This document shows positions 12,801 through 22,945 of a stretch of 34,040 nucleotides of DNA, piece after piece. Location: NCBI GenBank assembly GCA_002633005.1, contig NMRA01000254.1, positions 561,102-595,141 on the forward strand. Direction: 5' to 3'. Numbering within the stretch: position 1 is the first letter of the stretch; every line of letters begins with the position of its first letter. This DNA comes from Phoronis australis. Taxonomy: Eukaryota; Animalia; Phoronida. The position numbers were made by a program, and so were the translations under genes. The notes below the pieces were generated by a model, which saw only the letters and a program-made list of their open reading frames with translations, did no database searches and was not told where the DNA came from.

Positions 12801-15800
12801 ATCTTAAAACCCTGGCTCAGCAGGATTTAGATACTGACAACAACATGCACCTTTGCAGAGATCCAGCCTATGTAATGCTGAACGCACATTCAAATCAAAG
12901 CGCTCCGAGAACCAAAAGTTGGCGAAATTAACCAAAAAGATGACGATAAAGATGATGACGAAGATGACAAATATGACGACGATGGTGGTGAGGATGAACA
13001 AAAAAAGTAATAATAACATACACATGACGAACGTAGAAGTCCGAAATCAGTAAGAAAAAGGCTACAGTCTTGAGCGACAAAAAGCGGAAAAGACAACGAC
13101 GGAGATGATGACGAAGATGATGACGATGATGACGAATATGATGATGGTGGGAGCGATGATGAACAACATCACAACATTCATATGACGAACTTAGATGTAA
13201 TAGTCGATAAGAAATAGGCTACAGTCTACTTCAATAGAAGATAAACCAACATCAATGCAGCAAGAGCGCTCAACAAAGGAACAGCGTTATCAGAAAATCT
13301 CAAATAACTCAAAAAGTAAACGTCCTAGCGAAAAATGGAAAACATCTTCTGAAAGCCCGTTCAAAATTCTATCCAAACTGATGGTATCGCTTAATTCCGA
13401 AAATTTTTCGAGAAAAATTGTATTTTGTGTTTTTTTTAAGAAATTCAAAGTCAAATAACTCGAAAACGGTAAGTCTGAGAAAAAAATTTTTATAAGCCAT
13501 TTGAAAGAATATACTTCAAAGAATCCACATGCAAAAAATCGCGTCTTTTTCTCTTCCCGTTTAAAAATGCACTCCAGCATGAGGGTCAACATGCGCCAGA
13601 TCCGCCATCTTGAAAGCAACTTCCGGTTTTTTGGCTTTGTATAATAGCATGTCATAAGAAACTAATGCCTGTAAAAATTCGAAGGAATTGGTCTTATAAT
13701 GCGCCCTCTGCAGGAGAAAATATTTTTAGGCCAAAATCGAGCTGCGCATGCGCGATCGCCGATATTTCCGCCATGTTTAACCGGAAGTAAACAATTTCCA
13801 CTATACTTGTAGAAAACTTACAGTCCATTTACTGTGCCGATTCTTAGCCTTTTACGTAAAAATTTGTAGCCTCCAGAAGCATTTGAACCTTTAAATGAAA
13901 ACAAAATGGCCGCCACAGCCGCCATCTTGGATTCGATTTTGACGAAAAACAATAGTCTTCCAGTACTTCCGCCAAGTAAAAATGCTGTTACATATTCTGG
14001 ATCCGGCTGAAACAACAAGGGGATTCAAACTCCGTGAGTCACTTCACAACCGCTGACTCGTGCCTGAACTGAATAATCACATGGCGCACACCCGTCTGTC
14101 GCTCAGTTCTTATGAATTGTCTTCGATGTTTTGTTGCTGAATCGTGCTGATGGCTCTACTGTACACTGTGTGGGTAAATATTGTTAGATGGCCTTGATTA
14201 TTTGTCTTGATGATGTTGTTTAAGACACCTAAACATTTTGAAGTGGAAAAAATGTTGTTTTTAGTTGATATTATAACTTTTCTTGTTGAGACCATGTACT
14301 TTGTCAGGGTTACGGTAGTCTTGGTAAAAAGCCGTATACTAACTATACAGCTTTGCGCCGATGTTGGTAAAAACTGACTAGATAAAACCTGCTATTGAAA
14401 AGTACACACTTTCTTGGGTAAATTAAATTACTTAGAAGCAGTGTTGGAAAAATGGCGTTCTACCGTTATTCTGCTGCTAAATTTGTGGTGCTAGTCTTCG
14501 CACAGCAATTTGGCTGGGTACTTTAGATCCCGAAATTTCATACAGCCTGGTTAGCTCAGCTGGTCACCTCGTCATGAATCTTATATCAACATGTATAGCT
14601 AACGACTGGCGGGGATACATGTAAAATCTGTGAGTCAACGGGCACTCAACTTGCCCGTTACACTCTCTAAGCATAAAAAACAATCTGACAAAAGACATTT
14701 TCTCACGTACATGTAATGCGCCATTCAATAAAGTCTTTGTGACATATCTCGGGAGACCATGACAGCTTCGTAGCGGAAAATTTGTTACGAAATTCGGTTC
14801 GCTGGTATTGAAATACTTGTAACTAAATGGAAATATCCGATAATTTGTTGTGACATGTACGCAACCTCGTGGAGGAAGAGCAGTAGAATGAAGAATGGAC
14901 GAAAAAAAGAAACTGGCCAATAGGTGACGCAATATTTTATGGCCCCGAAAGTCGAAACAAGAGACCACTCTACAGTTTTAGCAGCATAATAACGGTAAAA
15001 CGCCAACATTCCCAACAACCGTAAATAATCTGGTTTACTCAAGGAAGAGTGCAGTTATTAAAGACACTGATTTTGGGTCAGATTTTATTTGGCTATTTTT
15101 CACCCACATCGGTGCAAAGCTACATGTATGTATTTTGTGTACAGTTTTGCGCCAAGGCTAGGTCTAACGGAGCTCAACACACAAATGATACCTTACCGAA
15201 TTTCATTGATACAGCTGCTGGCCGGCTGGAGTTACGGCTAACAGAGTTTAAGATATTTGTACATACACGTAAGTATGTGAAACTTCTATACTAGGTTGTA
15301 CTTACTGCAACATGAACAAGTAATTAATTTCAAGTTCCCAAAGATAATTGTTTAATACCAGCTTTTCTTTGGGCGCACCATTACGCACCGACCTTGGCTA
15401 ATAAAACACCCATATAAAACACGTGTAGTCTAAAATACCTTTAAATATAGTCTAAAATACCTTTAAATATAGTCTAAAATACCTTTAAATAAGTCTAAAA
15501 TACCTTTAAATATACCTTCTACATAGTATTCATTTAATCATGTAGTTATACAATCAACAATAACAGTCAAGAACGTACTGTACATACCTTAGCAGTTTTG
15601 CTTTTGATCAGGATGTTCAAGGGCTTCAGATCTCTGTGGGTGACACCGTGTTTATGGAGGTGGTCTAATCCCTTCATACACTGTTTCATCAGTTTAACGC
15701 CTTCTTCGATAGTAACATCCGTCTCGTAATGCTTTTCCAAGTTGTGGTCACATAGTTCCATAACGACCCAGGCCTTGTCATTCGACGGGAAGCAGACTTT

Positions 15801-18005
15801 AAAGATTTGAACAATATTCCGGTGAGCAGGTACTCCCGCGAGACCTTGAATTTCTGGATGAGACCCCCTGTCTTCGGGTTTGATCTGAACGGAATCAGAT
15901 GGATGGGTAAATTTAAACAAGATTTAAGTCACAGTACAGATCCGTAGATCACAATATTTTGTCAAGCGAATGTTTCGAATACGTTTAGAATTACCTTATA
16001 ACGAAACACAACCGGCAATACTTTAGAGACAAGGGAAAAGTAAAGAGCTGAATCTTCGTTGAAAAAAGCTCTCTCAAAGGGTTTGGTACCTACATCTACA
16101 TGTATGCAGTTTAATTCGCTTCATACGCGTTGAATAAGCTGAGTGCAATACGGCCATGTGATATCATTTTGCCTAGTGCACTCCCATGACTACTTAAACA
16201 GTGCCTTCTGACATGGAAAGTTCAAAAGGTGGGTCAATGTCGATTGGATGTACATGTAATTAGCCGGTTCGATCATCAAACTTTCCAAAAATACAATTGC
16301 AGTAGCATAAACAACACTCAACAAGCAATCAGGTAGCAAACATAATATCTGATACAAATATGTTAATCATTACATAACACTTCTGTCTCACTGAGTTTCA
16401 TTTGTTAAACATGATATCGTTTGTAACTCAGGTGCTAACTTCTCGGTAACTACATGTACAATCATGGAGTGTACAATGACTACATGTATTGTTACCAGTG
16501 TACCTCTTTTGCTTAAAGGCGAATGCCACCCGATTTAATTAGTCTTTTTTGCCGTCTTAATCGGTCTATTTCCACATCGCCTCGCATATGGTCGACCTTA
16601 CCTTGCCAAGAGGTGTCGCGTTAACCTGTGAGGAAGGTGAGAAACGACGCTAGCGACGTCAGAGGTTCATATGCAGAGTGAATGCCGCTATGTTGCGGTG
16701 TATCGTTCCCGCTTGTCCGAACTAAGCAGCAGCGAGGAAAGCGAGTATATCGGGTTTTTTTTACTTCCTCGAGAGTCCAAAATGCTTAGGAAGTGGCTCA
16801 TGGTAGTGAAGAATGAAATGTACGCTGTAAATAGCAAGTATGAGGCCGTGAAACATCTCCGTGTCTGTGGCCTGCAGACGACATCGAGAGTGCCTCACGA
16901 ATGCCGGCTTACGAAATAACTCCANAAATAATGATTGTCAATGTACAACTTCTGCCCTGACGGTGCTGTGGCCAAAGCGGAACTGAATTCAGTCGCGGCC
17001 CCCGAGGAGTAAGTAGATTGGCAGTTTCGTGGCTAATTCACCAACATAATCACGTGCACATTACTTTGGCTCACTAGTATAGTATTTTCTTGACTGGAAG
17101 TTTAGTTTCCACTGAACTTTGGCTGGTTTGTTTGTGATGTCTGATCAGTTTCCGAGTCACTGGCCGGGATAACGAGTCAATCCGGCCGGCCGCGACGGGC
17201 CTGATCGGGTTCCGAGCCACTGGCCAGGATAACAAGCGTTTTGTGTTTAGAACTCAGAAAATCACAAGTCTAAAAAACACAGATCTAGGTTCCCCTGTCT
17301 GTATCTCACGGAAAATACATCGAAATTATCTCCGAACACACCCCAAACTGCTACGGACCTTACTGGCCTGCCGAACTTTGTAGGCTACGGTGTGTCCAAA
17401 TACCAATAAATCCTTAAGAGCGAAGTAAAACAACACTTTTGTGTAAGAACTCTGTGTATTTTTAAGGGTTTTACATCGAAGTTTGATGATTTATTGGTGC
17501 TAAACGATGATTCCATGACGTATTGGATAATTTCAACACCTCCGTCTGCCGTCAGGTGTCAGGTAACGCAACCGCACTTGTCGTTATGGAGTAGAACTAC
17601 TCGATATAAACTGATACAAATTAGGTTGTTTTTTGGGTGGCATGCTCCTTTAAGTTTATTCAAAAGATGTCGTCACTTGACCCAATACATGTATTTGCCC
17701 CATTGGTAAAAAATAAATATCAAATTTTGCAGGTATTTTGCTTTCAAAAACATGAGCTATTACCGGGTTGAAATCTATAGTTTTGTAGGTAGACTAAAAT
17801 ACTCATACTTGTCGTATACATATATTTAGCTACTAAACAAACCACGCTCAAGATTCTCAAGAACCGTATGTTTCCTTCACGGTACCAATATACTTACACA
17901 AATGATCTTAATTGCCACGTCTTTCTTTCCATCTTTGTCTCGAGCTTTATGAACTTCTCCAAATGCACCTTTTCCGATCGGGTTTCTAATCGTGTAGCGT
18001 TCCAT
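9875..18005 (-). CDS. Spliced Ser/Thr protein kinase gene, 5 coding exons, about 254 aa, essentially a kinase domain only (family unresolved; loosely STK35/PDIK1L- or NEK/ULK-like)
   Basis: Joining 18005-17898, 15884-15588, 11031-10857, 10596-10424 and 9886-9875 gives 765 nt in one frame through GT-AG introns (phases 0,0,1,0). Motifs in order: GKGAFG, VAIK, alphaC Glu (HPEIQGL), HRNIV, VMELC, HRDLKPLN, DFG, CGTPCFMAPE, DIYSMG, PTERP. Confidence 0.9.
10424..10596 (-). CDS. Kinase coding exon 4 (subdomain XI and tail): DQRHDNHAIKQLAHDMASRVPTERPDITKVLKRL...MMADVKFD
   Basis: Acceptor tctcccttttgtggatag in phase 1 matches exon 3. alphaH-like IKQLAHDM and the invariant Arg in PTERP are present. 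Strong donor GAC|gtaagt at 10423. Confidence 0.85.
10857..11031 (-). CDS. Kinase coding exon 3 (subdomains VII-IX): ITDFGVAKLADLDPAISEKYMSTMCGTPCFMAPEILAGKQYNNTVDIYSMGVTFLWMN
   Basis: Acceptor gttttacag, donor G|gtacgt, 175 nt, phase 0/1. DFG, activation loop, APE and DIYSMG motifs are present. Confidence 0.95.
11976..12669. mobile_element. Non-autonomous Mutator-like (MULE) MITE in kinase intron 2
   Basis: Terminal inverted repeats GGATTGTTCTAAAGAACCCCTC / GAGGGGTTTTAGAACAATCC. Subterminal arrays of cctcgacc/cacgacc units at both ends in opposite orientation. Flanking 9-mers ctaaaattt (11967-11975) and ctaacatta (12670-12678) match at 7 of 9, consistent with a decayed 9-bp TSD. Confidence 0.75.
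12935..13227 (+). repeat. Two-copy tandem duplication of about 155 bp built on a (GAY)n microsatellite
   Basis: Both units read gatgatgacgaagatga...gatggtgg...gatgaacaa...acat.ca.atgacgaac.taga.gt...taagaaa..ggctacagtct, ending near 13069 and 13227. Confidence 0.8.
13261..14000. mobile_element. Putative non-autonomous interspersed repeat (Helentron/HINE-like) rich in CCGCCATCTT / AAAATGGC motifs
   Basis: Recurrent aaataactc.aaaa blocks (about 13302 and 13453) and YY1-type motifs at 13602, 13768, 13903 and 13918. Termini not established. Confidence 0.35.
15427..15513 (+). repeat. Minisatellite, 4 x 22 bp AGTCTAAAATACCTTTAAATAT
   Basis: Four near-perfect copies (the third lacks one T), about 75 nt from the exon 2 donor. 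Confidence 0.95.
15588..15884 (-). CDS. Kinase coding exon 2 (subdomains III-VIb): IKPEDRGSHPEIQGL...HRNIV...VMELC...HRDLKPLNILIKSKTAK
   Basis: Lies within ORF 15567..15920. Acceptor ttccgttcag, donor AAG|gtatgt, 297 nt, phase 0/0. Catalytic loop HRDLKPxN is the Ser/Thr type. Confidence 0.95.
16517..17649 (+). mobile_element. Non-autonomous Kolobok-type DNA transposon with THAP remnant, in kinase intron 1
   Basis: TTAA TSD at 16513-16516 and 17650-17653. 15-bp TIRs AGGCGAATGCCACCC / GGGTGGCATGCTCCT (2 mismatches). Internal ORF 16671-16919 contains GFFLLPRESKMLRKWLMVVK...KHLRVCGL, a degenerate THAP domain. Confidence 0.85.
17141..17236 (+). repeat. Direct repeat, 2 x about 36 bp with 60-bp period, inside the Kolobok element
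   Basis: ctgatcagtttccgagtcactggccgggataacgag versus ctgatcgggttccgagccactggccaggataacaag. Confidence 0.85.
17898..18005 (-). CDS. Kinase coding exon 1 (subdomains I-II): MERYTIRNPIGKGAFGEVHKARDKDGKKDVAIKIIC
   Basis: ATG at 18005 with an in-frame TAA two codons upstream. Gly-rich loop GxGxFG and VAIK lysine. Ends at a gtaagt donor (17897). Too short for the ORF track. Confidence 0.92.
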
Positions 18006-19809
18006 CTCTTACGACAGTGAATAAATAAGGTGAAAGCATTATGACTGCAGTCGCGTCAATACCCTTTGAAAGCATTCGCTCTCTTTCGAAAGTGACTGTT
18101 CAATACTTATAGTAAACACCTCTTTAGAATCATAATTTACGAAATACTAGACATTTGTTTTGAAATCGTTTTCATAATATTGCTGATTTGCAACTTTGAG
18201 AATTAAGAATACAGCAGCTGAGTCCGCCGCAATGTATTTGCCACGTAGCAAGTAGTCACTGCCATTTATTCCAAGTAACCAGAATTTATATTGAAATGTG
18301 TGGTTCAAAACATTGAAAGAATTACATGTATGTAATCCGTGCTTCGGTGCCAAGGATAAAGTCTGTAAGTGAAAAACATCTTGTAGTGAAGAACATTCAA
18401 ATCTCCAGTCGCGCACGAAGTCCGAGTGTCAATACTGAGGCAACACGCCACCTAACGGGCGTGAAAACAGACGGACGTCCAAACGCTTTGCTTGGTCGCT
18501 TATCGTGTTGTAACGGAGGAATCCCAAGCACCACATAGGTTCACCATCTGTTTTTGGAGAGCCAGGGGAAAGCCCTTGATCCGCGGCTGGCCTTGCAGAT
18601 AAACCCCAGCAGTGCCACACAGATGCATTGTGAAAATAGGTAAGGTTTAATGCGCACGACGTAACTTCACGTACATGTAGGGAAACGATTCCTGTAACAT
18701 GCAGCATCCCTAAAGCCTAGCCCCGAAGCATCAAAGTTCCAAAACCGCCTTGCAAATTCCACACTCATGACACTAGTTTTTAGTCGCATATAGCCAAAAC
18801 ATTTAATCCCAGAATACCAAACTTCGTAGCTGAAGACCAAACTCTATTGAGATTCAAACCAGTGGGTCCGGGGAGGACTCTGATCTTCAGGTGCGGCGCT
18901 TGGTCCCTAATTATAGAGAATTTACGGTGCATGTGTGAGGGTAAGCAGCGCGGTATAAGTTACAGCGGGTTTGGTGCTTATTGGTCTTGCACCGTGGTTT
19001 CGGGGATCGTAACTGGAATTACTCTTGATATGGCCAGATTCGTTTCCACTACCTAAGTATGGCATAGGGGTTGAATTGAAAATGAAATAAATTAGCCTTA
19101 ATAACCTGCTATGCATTTACCCTCCAAGACATTTCAAACACATAAATAAAAACACACACCTTGATACAGGTCTGGCAACAACCTGATTCACCAAAGTTGG
19201 TCGAGTATTTCTGACGAGAACAAATACCCGTACTCTGTTGAGCGAGATGCCACCACGCCTTGGGTAATTTTCTTAGAAATTTCAATAACGCCACTACATA
19301 ATAAGAGAGGAATTTGCGTAGGCAGAGGTCAATGCAAGGATAAATTTTCAGTATGCAATGTTAATACATGTATAGGAGAGCTTATTGACACAATCGTCTC
19401 ATCGCTCATTGTGCTTTGCACTACGGTCACAGCTTGAATGACTCATCACGACGTTTACTGACTGGCTTGGGTCAATAAAAACCGTTGCTTTCAACCGGAG
19501 TCAAGCGGCATTAAAACGGCATGACCTAAGAATGCACACTCGATGGAATTCTTAAAGGTGAACACGTTCAGGAAATTCAGTTATTTTTGCTTCACTAAGT
19601 CCACCGAAAAAACTGAGATGAAAAAGACTGTTCCGGTACAGAGAGGACGACAGAATACAAATGCTGTTGCGACTCGTTTCAGGAATTAAGTTCTACTTTG
19701 CCATTGACAATCTTATTGGCCATTCATACCTGCATACACGCAAGTGCTAAAACATTCAGACTGAACACAATTATGCACTGTAAATATATGCTATATCAAA
19801 CGTATGTGA

Positions 19810-20365
19810 GCATTATTCTAAATCCCCCTGACCACCACACCCACCCTATGGACCCATTTCCCCCTCTACCCACGACTCAAAACCCCGTCTACTCACGACC
19901 TGTACCACTAGATGTATCTTAGCGCTTTTTACATATTTCATAATCATATTACGTTGCTGAATGACTTTTCCATTAGACTTACCTACACGTAAATCTACTC
20001 TGGCTCAAGTCTGGTGGCTAAAAATAGAAAAGTGACGTAAGAATATGGTCTGATATAGCAACTTGCGGGCTAATCAGTGTTGCCAGTACGGAAACTCATG
20101 CCGTTCCACGAGCGGTTACCAATGGCCCTCTTCTACATGTACTAAACTTAGTGAGAGAGTACGTTGATGTGAATTGGCGTATTTTCACATTATTATTGTT
20201 TGTATTCTGTTGTATGCTCGTTTACAATATACTTCGAGTAATGTTGAGATACTTTTCAGTTAACAGTTTATTTCTTTTAAGAAAGTTTAAAAACTGTATT
20301 TACTGAAATTACATATTAGTCGGGTCCTTGCACTCTTGCACAGGTAATAGGTTGAGCAGACGATT
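19810..20365 (-). mobile_element. Second, diverged and partial copy of the MULE-like MITE, inverted relative to 11976-12669
   Basis: attattctaaatcccc...acccacgac...gcgctttttacatat...catattacgttgctgaatgacttttccat...acctacacg and cgtttacaatatact align to the reverse complement of about 12310-12669. Confidence 0.7.
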
Positions 20366-22732
20366 AGAACCAGACGTTGTGTTAAAGAAGAAAAGCACTT
20401 GTTAAAATGTCAATAAATTAATAAAAGAATATCATAATACAAAATTTGCTATTAATATTAACAAGTTTAGTTGCTTATATTGACTAAATACAACACGGTT
20501 AGGACCCAGAGGCTATGATTTCCGTGTTTGGCGTAGTAATATATTTACCCGAGCAACCACTCATTCACGAGTACTTAGCAAAATGAGGTCGCTGTATCCT
20601 TTAGGTTGCGTGTGTTTGCGCACTTGAAACGCTTTTTTTCATCTTCATTTTCATCAACTTTGTTGGAAGAAATTTTAGATAGCATTTGACTGATATGTTT
20701 ATGATCTGTGCCATCAATTTGGTTGACTTGTCATTTATAAGGGGTTTTTAATTATTCAGTGACACTAATACCAGTTCAGAATTCAAGCCGTGCGTTATAC
20801 TATTTAAAGAGATGAGTTTTTAACTCTTAACGTAATTTTCATAGAATTAGTCAGCCAAATAACAGTAATTTTTACGGCATTGTAAGGGTTATTTTGTCTA
20901 CAGAAGATAACAGTTATTTTCTCGAGGGAAAATACAGAAGGGTAGTTCTGACGTATTCCAAGGTGTGATAACACAGTTATTTCACGGTCGTATCATCACT
21001 CATGTACATGTATAATAAATGTCGAGTATGCTATAAGTCCAGAAGAACAGATTCATTTTAAATCATGATTTACCCTTATCACCGCCCATCTCTATTCATA
21101 AAAGTGAATCGCAATATAATTCAATTGTGGGGCTCATTTTGTTGGACATTTCATAAACTTTTGTTCTACGAGAACATCAAGAGAAATAGAAAATCATTCT
21201 AGGCGTCATATTTTGGATTCTCCTTAAACTTGTGTATGTAATCATACTGTGGGTGTGATGCAAACATCATCAATTTTGCACCTACTTACCTCTTTTTATC
21301 TGCAGGCCTTGAGAAGTTTATGATGAAAATTGCACTTTCCCCATTCCGAAAGAATAATATTTCAATGTGAAAACGTTTAGAGCGCATGAAACGAGAGAAA
21401 ACTTTTCATGGGATTAGAAAGTTATACATAAAAACTCCCAACTGTAACTGATATTAATAAGTTATTCATGAGGAATTTTTTTGTAGTGTTGACACGCACT
21501 TTCACTCAACTGCTTCTACGAGCCAGATTGTGGTCTGTGGATATTCCCCGAAAACGAGAAGTGTTATCTTGCCTTATTTTCCGAATTGAGGTGTTTTAAC
21601 ACTCGTCTCAAAACCAAAAAACCAAAACGATAGCCATGGACATTGAGGGTAATGAGGGTGCCTAGGTAACGCAGATATTACGAATCAATATTTTGAGACT
21701 AAATTAAAACATTGACATAGACTGTAACGGGTTTCCAAGGTAGTAGGATTACATGTACAACCAATTATCCGCCGATTTAAGGCTACATATTGTTCCAATG
21801 TAATGCCTGTGCCACATACAAAGCAATATTTTGTTGAAAATGTGTTTCATTGGCAGTTGAATTATTCCAAAAATCAAGGCGTTTCCTAACCATTAACCCT
21901 GGTGTGAAGTTTAATCAGAATCTGTAAAGATAATAACAATAATCGAATGACAGGGAAAATCTTGTTGGTGCACAAAAATGCGGCAGCACCATGGGTGAGC
22001 TTTATCTGCACACATACGCGTACATTAGGCAAAATAACGGGGGCTGCTCAGTGACTTGTTAATAAGAGAAACGTAAAGTGCCCACTTTTGTACAATGTAT
22101 GCTTTCACGCATCAGGTAAGATACAACATGACTGGCGGACCCTCGTAAACGGGACCAGTCCTCCAAATTAGACTTACTCACCACATATCAGGATATTTGG
22201 GATTGAATGGGACGTACGGACCAGAAAATAGGACTGTTATACATGTACCTAAAAACATTACCGCCCCACCACCCAATGATAGCGCTGAGGACCGAACGTG
22301 GCTGCCGGAGATCACAACATGACCGGCCCACCACATTTTGGTAACATGCATGTATCAACAAGGTCCAATCAATATACTTGGTTGCTGTTCGAGCCATACT
22401 TGAACAATTGATGTACATTATGTACATGTAACTATTAGATTGTAGTCCCTTTTGTTTTTGGGGTGTTCATTACCGTCATGGAATGCAATTTGATTAACGA
22501 CGGGCGACATACAGGATGTTGAATGTATGCGACCAGAGTAAATAGTTTAAAAAACTTCATAGTAAAACAACAAAAAAATAAATGATAATAAGTAAGTATT
22601 CGAAAATACATGTACATGTACAAATAAACTGTAACAATATATAGATAAACATTCAATGAAAATATACATTACAGTGTAACGCTAATAAAAAATCGATAAT
22701 TTTCTGCATATTAAGCGACGGAATAAAGGCAA

Positions 22733-22945
22733 GGGACCTGTTCCAAGAAATTGACTCGAGATCATTTTTATTCAAGTCTAAGATTTGTCTCATCCTCCAA
22801 ACTTCGAAACTTCCACTTCCGGTAAGTTAGTCAATATTAAGACGAAATTTCAACCAAAAACTTAAATCAAATTTAAGATCACTTTCTCACATCAAATTTA
22901 AGACAAATCAAAATTTTACCATAAAATTAACTGAGAATTAAGATT
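22733..22945. mobile_element. Truncated longer relative of the Harbinger-like MITE at 28506-28593
   Basis: GGGACCTGTTCCAAGAAATTGACTCGAGATCATTTTTATTCAAGTCTAAGATTTGTCT aligns with the reverse complement of the 88-bp MITE. Internal aaatttaaga repeats. Second TIR not found. Confidence 0.55.

Noticed and set aside
12804-13096. Hydrophobic, Ser-rich and Met/Thr-rich ORFs
   Set aside because: Alternative frames of the (GAY)n repeat.
14545-14564. GCCTGGTTAGCTCAGCTGGT resembles a tRNA 5' end and A box
   Set aside because: No anticodon arm, B box or acceptor stem follows. At most a SINE-head fragment.
15427-15513. Short regular repeats as a CRISPR array (also 17141-17236)
   Set aside because: Head-to-tail or only two copies, no unique spacers, no cas genes, and a eukaryotic context.
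10319-15920. ORFs 10319..10606, 10762..11016 and 15567..15920 as separate small genes
   Set aside because: They are exons of one kinase with intron read-through at their ends.
16925-16925. Single N base
   Set aside because: Assembly ambiguity with no biological meaning.
20855-21000. tgtaagggttattttgt...ctcgagggaaaata, reminiscent of Crypton-like non-autonomous repeats
   Set aside because: Too degenerate, with no definable ends or second copy.
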